The notes under the pieces are model-generated. The model saw nothing but the letters and a program-made list of their open reading frames with translations. It ran no database searches and was not told where the DNA came from. From Polyangiales bacterium (GTDB taxonomy: Bacteria > Myxococcota_A > Polyangia > Polyangiales > Houyiibacteriaceae), in NCBI GenBank assembly GCA_965227405.1, contig OZ245758.1, positions 1,385,693 to 1,449,692 of the forward strand: a stretch of 64,000 bases of DNA. The letters are read 5' to 3'. How positions within the stretch are numbered: position 1 is the first letter of the stretch; each line of letters begins with the position of its first letter. Positions 56,566 through 64,000 of the stretch are shown in pieces. A program made the translations under genes and the position numbers.

Positions 56566-57767
56566 CGGAGTCCCATCGCACCGCAGTTGCGGCTTCGAAG
56601 CTCGCCTTCGTCGCACCACTCGGCCACGTTGCCGTCGCAACGACCGAGGTAGTCCAGCCCGCCGCAAGGATCTTCACGGCAGTCCACGATGCCGTCGACA
56701 TCTCCGCAGGTCAGGCCACACGCATCACAGTTGCGCGTGCGAACAGAGCCCGCTTCGCACCAACGGGCGACGTTTCCATCGCACGCACCCACGCTGTCCA
56801 GCCCATCGCAGGGATCGGCTCCGGAAATGCAACGAAAGCCATCCGCATCGTTGTCCCAACCACATGCGTCCGGACAGATATCGGATTGGATCTCGTCATC
56901 GACGCAGTAGAGCGCACGTCCGTCCAAGCAACGGCCGGCTTCCGTGATCGTGCCGCAGCCACCGCCTTCCACGATCGTCGGACCGGTGAAGGACTCGATC
57001 CACTCGACTGCGATATCGGTGCGCGAGTAGCGATCGCGTCCGACGCAACTCGGATCTCCGAAGCTCAAATCGCCCGTGATGCGGATGCTCCCGTCGGACG
57101 CCAACACAAACAGAGGTCCACCGGAGTCACCAAAGCACACGCCGCGCGTGCCTTCGCCATCGATGACGACGAACTCCCCTTCAAAGCCAACGATCGGTTC
57201 TGCGGTGAACTCGCGCTCACCGCTGCTCCCGTCTTCTTGGGATCCGTAGCCCGATGCTTCGGCAATCTCACCGATTCGACCCATCAACGACTCGGTGTTG
57301 ATCGCTGTGGGCACCGCGGTGGCGAGACGCGAACTCAACGTTGCGTCCATCCGAACCAGCGTCATGTCCTGCGAGGGATGACCACGCACTTCTTCTGCTC
57401 GAAACGCCACATTCGGTTGGTCGGCAACCACGCCGACGCGGAAGATGTCGCCGGGACGAATCCGACAGTGCGCCGCAGTGAGCACCCACTCTTGCGTGAT
57501 GAATGCACCGCTGCATCCACCCCACGTTCCGATGCCTTGGACTTGAGCAGGCGTTAGCGGGATCACCGTAGGCTCGGGCGTTCCGAAGTAGACCAGCGGA
57601 CGCGTGCGTGGTTCCCCACACTCGTCACCGCCGCCCGTATCGAACGCGACATCCACACCCGGCACGTCACGACGCGGGCCACTATCCGCAGGGCCGTCAT
57701 CATCGCCACAAGCCAGAACCAAACACACCACTACCACCAAACCACGGCGCATACTTGAGGCTGGCAT
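56520..57767 (-). CDS. secreted trypsin-like (S1 family) serine protease with C-terminal Cys-rich tandem repeats
   Basis: Signal/lipobox MPASSMRRGLVVVVCLVLACG. Active-site LTAAHC (His) and GDSGGPLF (Ser). The C-terminal repeats read CDGLDSVGACDGNVARWCEAG...CGLTCG and CGGLDYLGRCDGNVAEWCDEG... Confidence 0.85.
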   Translation of the reverse strand: MPASSMRRGLVVVVCLVLACGDDDGPADSGPRRDVPGVDVAFDTGGGDECGEPRTRPLVYFGTPEPTVIPLTPAQVQGIGTWGGCSGAFITQEWVLTAAHCRIRPGDIFRVGVVADQPNVAFRAEEVRGHPSQDMTLVRMDATLSSRLATAVPTAINTESLMGRIGEIAEASGYGSQEDGSSGEREFTAEPIVGFEGEFVVIDGEGTRGVCFGDSGGPLFVLASDGSIRITGDLSFGDPSCVGRDRYSRTDIAVEWIESFTGPTIVEGGGCGTITEAGRCLDGRALYCVDDEIQSDICPDACGWDNDADGFRCISGADPCDGLDSVGACDGNVARWCEAGSVRTRNCDACGLTCGDVDGIVDCREDPCGGLDYLGRCDGNVAEWCDEGELRSRNCGAMGLRCDYIDDRIGFFCTR

Positions 57768-57831
57768 GTCTCGACCGGCGCGCCAAGGACCGGAAAGTTG
57801 CAGCCTGACCATCTGCGGGTAGCGTGGGCTC

Positions 57832-58344
57832 ATGCGCGTTTGGACCGTTGTCGTGTTGGGCCTGTCGAGCATCGTCGTTGCTCAGACGCCCCATTTCTGG
57901 GCAGAGGGTGCGCGCCCCGAACCCGGCGAGGGTCCTGAGGAACTGGTCGGCTTTCACTTCGGCTGGAGTGTGGACCAAAGCGCCACTGCTTGTGAGCGCG
58001 CCGAGCAAGAATTCGTTCCTGGCGAACCCGTCGCGGTGTGCTCCGGCGTTGCGCGCGACACAGTGTTCGAGGGCAAGGTTCGATTGCGCTATTGCGACGA
58101 AGCACTCTGCGAAGTCAGCGCTGTGGTGGATGGCGACGAACGCACCTACACGCATGTCCTGTTTGCATTGCGACGTGCTTTCGGATCCGAGCTGGTGTCA
58201 CGCGTGCGTCCAGATGACAAACGTCACTATTGGAGCCCCGGGGGATTTGAAGCGTCGCTGCGTCATCGAACCCAGGGCAACGGGCTAAAAATCACGTTTC
58301 AGTCGCCTGCTCGTGTCCTCGAGCTCAGTCGGACGAGCGATTGA
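57832..58344 (+). CDS. hypothetical secreted protein
   Basis: Signal peptide MRVWTVVVLGLSSIVVAQT. No recognized domain. Confidence 0.45.
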   Translation: MRVWTVVVLGLSSIVVAQTPHFWAEGARPEPGEGPEELVGFHFGWSVDQSATACERAEQEFVPGEPVAVCSGVARDTVFEGKVRLRYCDEALCEVSAVVDGDERTYTHVLFALRRAFGSELVSRVRPDDKRHYWSPGGFEASLRHRTQGNGLKITFQSPARVLELSRTSD

Positions 58345-58383
58345 CTACATAAAGACGCGCGTTTTCCGGCACAATAGAGATCA

Positions 58384-59844
58384 ATGGTCGACCTCTGGGT
58401 CCAGAGCTTCGATGGAGATGCCGAGAAAGCCGTCGCCGGACTGGTCGACGTGTTTGGTCTCCCGGAAGCGACTGCACGAAAAATCGTCGCTGCAGCTCCA
58501 TGCGTGGTGAAAAAGAACCTCACCCCAGAACAAGCGGCGCCGTGGGTTCAGGCGCTGCGAAAGCTCGGTGCGCGAATTGAGCTCAAGGGACAAGAGCTTC
58601 GAAAGCCGCCACCTGTAAGCCTCCAAGTTCCGCGAGGGCGCTTCGACAAGAAGTCACTGCGTCCGTCCGGTCCGGCGAGTCAGCCTCCGCCGCCAAACAT
58701 GGATGTGATTCCATACGACGCAGCGAACGTTCCGTTGCCCGAACCCGATGACGTCCCCGATATGCACGCGGGACTCTTCTACGAAGATGGCGTTGACGAA
58801 GCGGACGCGGCAGCCGACGCACAACTCGACCTGAGCGACTCGCTCGAACTCGGGTTGGATGGACCCGTCTCCGACGAGTTCAAAGCGGTACATCCCTTTT
58901 CGGAGCCTCCGCCGGCTCGCACCTCGTCTCCGTCCATCCCGGGCGTGGTGCACCCGTCGTCTCCCGGGGTTGCGCGACCCTCGTCGCCTGGAACGGCACG
59001 CCCCTCGTCTCCCGGAATGGCCCCCGCAGCGGGAACCGTGAAGGCGTTTGGAAACGACTTTGGAGACGACGACCCCTTAGCGCCAGCGATCCCTGAAGGC
59101 GCTCTTGAGCTCGACGAGATCGCGCCTCCACCACGTCGTGAGCCGACGCCACTTCCGCCCGAACCCAGACCGGGCGAGTTCGATGAGTTCGAGGGCTCGC
59201 AGATCGGACTCATGAGTGACCCCGAGCCGGAAGGCAGCGGTTTGGTCACCGCGCTTGGGTTTCTGTTTCTCGGCGTGGGCGTCATCATCGCGAGACTGCT
59301 GTCGGGTAGCTCGTGTTTCATGGGCACGAGTTCGCTGCCCGCACTCGCGTTCGACGCACTCGGCCTCATCCTGAGCGGTGTGGGCATCGCATACGTTGTC
59401 AACGTGCTGCGAGACGGCACGAAAGGCAGCCTTAACGCATCGGTCGGGGCGGCAATCGTCATTCTTTCGCTCGCGAGCGTGGTCGGGCTCAACTACGCAC
59501 TCACACCTTCGCCCCAACGCCTTGCGGAAATGGAGCAAGAAGAGCGCGATAACGACACGCAAGATCTGATCGACGACGGAGTGATCGTCGAAGCGCGTGC
59601 GGCGATTAGTGCGACGCCCGAACCGCAAGTGCAACGCTTCGTCGAAGAGCTCTACACGTCGGGTGCAAAGACTGTGTACCGCTACGGCAGCAAGTTGGTG
59701 GTCGAGATGCCAGATACGAACGCGGCGCGCGGTGCCGTAGTGCGCAGCTATCGACGTTACTTGGGTTACCGCTTGGACTCGATGGAAGCCGAGGCCACAC
59801 CGCACCCGCTTGCGCGTTTCTGGCACATCACCGTCGTGTTCTGA
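58384..59844 (+). CDS. hypothetical membrane protein with N-terminal ribosomal L7/L12 C-terminal-domain-like module, Pro-rich PSSPG repeats and TM helices
   Basis: N-terminus AVAGLVDVFGLPEATARKIVAAAPCVVKKNLTPEQAAPWVQALRKLGARIELK resembles the L7/L12 CTD. Repeats VHPSSPGVARPSSPGTARPSSPGMAP. Two TM helices (LVTALGFLFLGVGVIIA; ALGLILSGVGIAYVV). Confidence 0.5.
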   Translation: MVDLWVQSFDGDAEKAVAGLVDVFGLPEATARKIVAAAPCVVKKNLTPEQAAPWVQALRKLGARIELKGQELRKPPPVSLQVPRGRFDKKSLRPSGPASQPPPPNMDVIPYDAANVPLPEPDDVPDMHAGLFYEDGVDEADAAADAQLDLSDSLELGLDGPVSDEFKAVHPFSEPPPARTSSPSIPGVVHPSSPGVARPSSPGTARPSSPGMAPAAGTVKAFGNDFGDDDPLAPAIPEGALELDEIAPPPRREPTPLPPEPRPGEFDEFEGSQIGLMSDPEPEGSGLVTALGFLFLGVGVIIARLLSGSSCFMGTSSLPALAFDALGLILSGVGIAYVVNVLRDGTKGSLNASVGAAIVILSLASVVGLNYALTPSPQRLAEMEQEERDNDTQDLIDDGVIVEARAAISATPEPQVQRFVEELYTSGAKTVYRYGSKLVVEMPDTNAARGAVVRSYRRYLGYRLDSMEAEATPHPLARFWHITVVF

Positions 59845-61220
59845 TGAGTCGCGTGTTTCAACGCGCGTTTGAGAACTTCACCGACTCGCATTCGTGGCGC
59901 GACATGCAGGTCGACGGCGAGATTCCCGCCGACCTTCGCGGCACGCTTTACACGACCGGACCCGCACTCTTTGAACTACTCGGCGATCGGTACGAGCATT
60001 GGTTCGATGGCGATGGAGCCGTCAGCGCCGTTCGATTTGAGGATGGACGCGCGCAAAGCGCTGCGAGGCTGATCGACACGCCTGCACTTCAGGAAGAACG
60101 TCGTGCGGGCAAGATGCTCTTTGGCGGGTATCACCGCCGTGGAGCGCTCCGGATGTTGCTTCGTTCGCCGATGCGACGCGGAAAGAACACAGGCAACACT
60201 GCGATTCTCGTCGAAGACGGACGTGTGTTTGCACTCTGGGAAGGCGGTCGACCCATCGAAGTCGATCCGGAGACGCTCGACACGTTAGGTCCCTGTTCGT
60301 TCGATGGTGTGCTGAAAGGAGCGTTTTCGGCGCACCCGCATTACGTCGCGGCCCGTGATGCGACCTACGGTTTTGGGCTTCGCGTTGGACGTGGTCCGGT
60401 ACTCGATGTCTTCGAAACGCGTCTGGGCACCACGCGCAAACTCACCTCGGTACCGTTGTGGCCGGTGCGCATGGTTCACGACTTCATCGTCACCGAGAAG
60501 CACGTTGTGTTTCTGATCCCGCCTGTTCGCATTCGAGTGGTGAAGGCGCTGTTTGGAATCGCTGGGCTGACCGACTACCTGCAGTGGGACCCGGATCTCG
60601 GAACGGAGATCGTGGTGATTCCGATCGACGAGCCAAGTGCGATGGTGCGCTACAAGGCCGAACCGTTTTATCAGTGGCACTTCGCCAACGCGTTTGAACG
60701 CGGCGACGACATTGTCATCGACGTTGTCCGGTATCCCGATTTTCGCACCAACGCGTGGATCCAAGCGTTTTCACAGGGTCGTCCGCTTCCCGAAGCGCAC
60801 TCGTCCTTGGATCGCGTCGTGCTCACCCCGAAGTCCGAACGTTTCGCCGTGGAGCCCATCTGGGACCATCCCTGCGAGTTTCCCACCATCGCGCGGACTC
60901 ATGCGGGACGGGAGCATCGCTACGCGTATCTGGCCGCGCATCGCGACCACAGCCAGGTGCGCGAAGGTCCGCTCGACCGCATCGCGAAAGTGGACGTCGA
61001 AACCGGAGTCGCAACGACCGTCGACTTCGGTTCAAAGACGATGGTGGGCGAGCCCTTTGCCGTGGACGCGGCCGCGGGACGGTGGTTGCTCACGCACGTC
61101 TACGACGCCGAGAGCCATCGCAGCAGCCTCGTCGTGTTGGATGCTGAAACGATGGATGTTCGTGCGCGCTGCTGGTTTGGCGGACACATGCCGCCGCGCC
61201 TGCACTCCGATTGGATGTAA
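59844..61220 (+). CDS. carotenoid cleavage oxygenase (RPE65/CCD family)
   Basis: Family-typical segments HWFDGDG, FSAHPHY, VHDFIVTEKH, YQWHFANAFE with iron-ligand His residues. The ATG overlaps the previous stop (TGATG). Confidence 0.85.
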   Translation: MSRVFQRAFENFTDSHSWRDMQVDGEIPADLRGTLYTTGPALFELLGDRYEHWFDGDGAVSAVRFEDGRAQSAARLIDTPALQEERRAGKMLFGGYHRRGALRMLLRSPMRRGKNTGNTAILVEDGRVFALWEGGRPIEVDPETLDTLGPCSFDGVLKGAFSAHPHYVAARDATYGFGLRVGRGPVLDVFETRLGTTRKLTSVPLWPVRMVHDFIVTEKHVVFLIPPVRIRVVKALFGIAGLTDYLQWDPDLGTEIVVIPIDEPSAMVRYKAEPFYQWHFANAFERGDDIVIDVVRYPDFRTNAWIQAFSQGRPLPEAHSSLDRVVLTPKSERFAVEPIWDHPCEFPTIARTHAGREHRYAYLAAHRDHSQVREGPLDRIAKVDVETGVATTVDFGSKTMVGEPFAVDAAAGRWLLTHVYDAESHRSSLVVLDAETMDVRARCWFGGHMPPRLHSDWM

Positions 61221-62510
<1,290 letters not shown>

Positions 62511-62522
62511 GGCGCCGTTATA

Positions 62523-62546
62523 CCCCAACTGCGCAAGCAGTTGGGG
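62523..62546 (-). promoter_or_regulatory. perfect 10-bp stem / 4-nt loop hairpin (CCCCAACTGC-GCAA-GCAGTTGGGG) in the gltA 5' leader / downstream of the FGE gene
   Basis: An exact palindrome with a tetraloop, 13 nt upstream of the gltA ATG. It could be a 5'-UTR structure or a terminator for the upstream gene. Confidence 0.5.
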
Positions 62547-62683
62547 GATAACCCCGTGCCCATGCCTGTGCCCGTGCTCGTGCCCGAAAGACGGAACCAA
62601 TAGACGGAGAAGCCTGTGCCCGAAAGACGAAACAAGCATCCGGTCCGCGCGGCGCTAAGCACCGATCTGTTCGGGATCGCCGC

Positions 62684-64000
62684 CTAAGGCGCCGTATCAC
62701 TGCAACAGCGGAACCCTACGTTCGTGAACTGGAACACATCGTCCGCCACGGTGAAGTCGTAGTCGCAACGCAATCCATCGCGCGGGTTGTTCATGCTGCC
62801 GCCGCGCAAGGGGTTGACGCCGGCACTACGCGCAACCGTCCACTCCTTCACGTTGCCGCTCAGGTCGTAGATGCGGTTCGACGCGCCACCATGCGTGACG
62901 TAGCAACTCGAAAGACTTTCGGTCGCCAGGACAACGTCGTCGTCGGGCGCCCCGGCAATCGGGTCGTACTCATTACCGTTGCACGTGTTGGGACCGTAGC
63001 TCCCACAGGACGTAGCTTCTGACCACGTACACGACCCGGTACTCGACTCACATGCGCGCTCCCATTCCGACTCGGTGCACAAGCGCATCCCGGCCGCGAT
63101 GCACGCATCTCGTGCTTCGGGATAGGTGACCTGGGTCCAAGGCAGAACGTCCGCACGCGAGCACGAGCGCGCACTCGACGCACCTGCGGAGGTCATCGTA
63201 GCGTCCACGCGTGATGCCTCGTACACGTACATCCAGAAATCGGCGCCACCTTGGGTGACCTCGATCATCGGCTCGACGACGTAGGAGGGGTTGGAACCTG
63301 GAGCGCCTCGCGGCTCGTCCATCAACCCGTCACAGTCATTGTCCAGACCATCGCAGATCTCGGTACCCGGCGTTCCAGCCGCAGGCGCGTTACACGCCAC
63401 GCCCATCCGATCGACCGTGCACACGATCGTTCCTGAACGGAGGCACGCACCGGTTCCGTTGGAACAGCTCGTCCCCAACCCCATCGCAAGGAAGGGCTCG
63501 TCGGCTTGTCCGTCGCAGTCGTTATCCAGTCCATCGCAAAGGGTTTCGACCGATTCGTAGGTTGACGGAAGGTCGCATTCCCAGCCCACTGCGGGATTGC
63601 AGATCACCGCCGCGCCTGCGCAAACACCATTGGGATTGCAGAAGTTGCTGGGCGGGGTGAGGTCCTCGTCGGTCACGGCGTCGCAGTCGTCATCCGCGCC
63701 GTTGCACGCTTCGGCGCCCGAGAAGTCACAGCGGTACTCGCAGCCGTCGGAAGGATCGCCGTTGGCATCCCAGAACCCGTCCTCGCAAGCCACGAGTACG
63801 CACGAGCTGGACTGACACTCGGCAAACCCGTTCGCGAACGAACACACGTTTCCGCACATACCGCAGTTGTTGATGTCGCCCGAGAGGAAGCCCTCGTCGG
63901 TCATGCTGTCGCAGTCGTCGTCGGTCATGTTGCAGACCTCGGTGCTTGGGCCGACAGAGCCAACGCACTCGACCACACCAGCCACACACTGCTCCACGCC
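62684..64000 (-). CDS. secreted protein with MopE-type Cys/Asp repeats and C-terminal FGE-sulfatase domain (5' end probably outside window)
   Basis: Repeats MTDDDCDSMTDE, GADDDCDAVTDE, GLDNDCDGQADE, GLDNDCDGLMDE. FGE motifs RLCTESEWERAC, GNVKEWT, RGGS, GFRCC. No signal peptide at the first in-window Met, so the gene likely continues past 64000. Confidence 0.7.
   Translation of the reverse strand, partial: GVEQCVAGVVECVGSVGPSTEVCNMTDDDCDSMTDEGFLSGDINNCGMCGNVCSFANGFAECQSSSCVLVACEDGFWDANGDPSDGCEYRCDFSGAEACNGADDDCDAVTDEDLTPPSNFCNPNGVCAGAAVICNPAVGWECDLPSTYESVETLCDGLDNDCDGQADEPFLAMGLGTSCSNGTGACLRSGTIVCTVDRMGVACNAPAAGTPGTEICDGLDNDCDGLMDEPRGAPGSNPSYVVEPMIEVTQGGADFWMYVYEASRVDATMTSAGASSARSCSRADVLPWTQVTYPEARDACIAAGMRLCTESEWERACESSTGSCTWSEATSCGSYGPNTCNGNEYDPIAGAPDDDVVLATESLSSCYVTHGGASNRIYDLSGNVKEWTVARSAGVNPLRGGSMNNPRDGLRCDYDFTVADDVFQFTNVGFRCCSDTAP

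Overview
This is a high-GC (about 68-70%) chromosomal segment that looks myxobacterial (Myxococcota). That call rests on gene content: four Hanks-type Ser/Thr kinases, several with PEGA domains; MopE-type Cys/Asp-rich repeats; FGE-sulfatase (SUMF1-like) domains; an AgmX/PglI-type C-terminal domain; and many lipoproteins. The window is densely coding. Confident housekeeping genes are aqpZ, lnt, fbp, gltA, a CheY-like response regulator, a standalone EAL phosphodiesterase, a CrtI-family desaturase, a carotenoid-cleavage oxygenase, an MlrC peptidase, a PLP-dependent SPL-like enzyme and a PpiD-like parvulin. No rRNA, tRNA or CRISPR was seen. The candidates most worth follow-up are these. (1) An FHA-domain protein fused to a clearly degenerate CpaF/VirB11-like ATPase (pseudo-ATPase), directly downstream of a 944-aa Hsp70-like protein. 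(2) A paralogous module made of a DUF2760-like protein, an Hsp70-like protein, a Ser/Thr kinase and a secreted protein carrying a duplicated ~85-aa repeat. (3) A 172-bp AT-rich element with perfect 45-bp inverted arms (MITE-like) between convergent genes. (4) Three tandem 29-bp repeats plus an inverted partial copy upstream of the large Hsp70 gene. (5) An intact HUH tyrosine (IS200-like long-form) transposase-like gene. (6) An EAL gene translationally coupled to a small CCxSGCxxC protein. Several gene starts are uncertain because divergent ORF pairs abut with almost no intergenic space.
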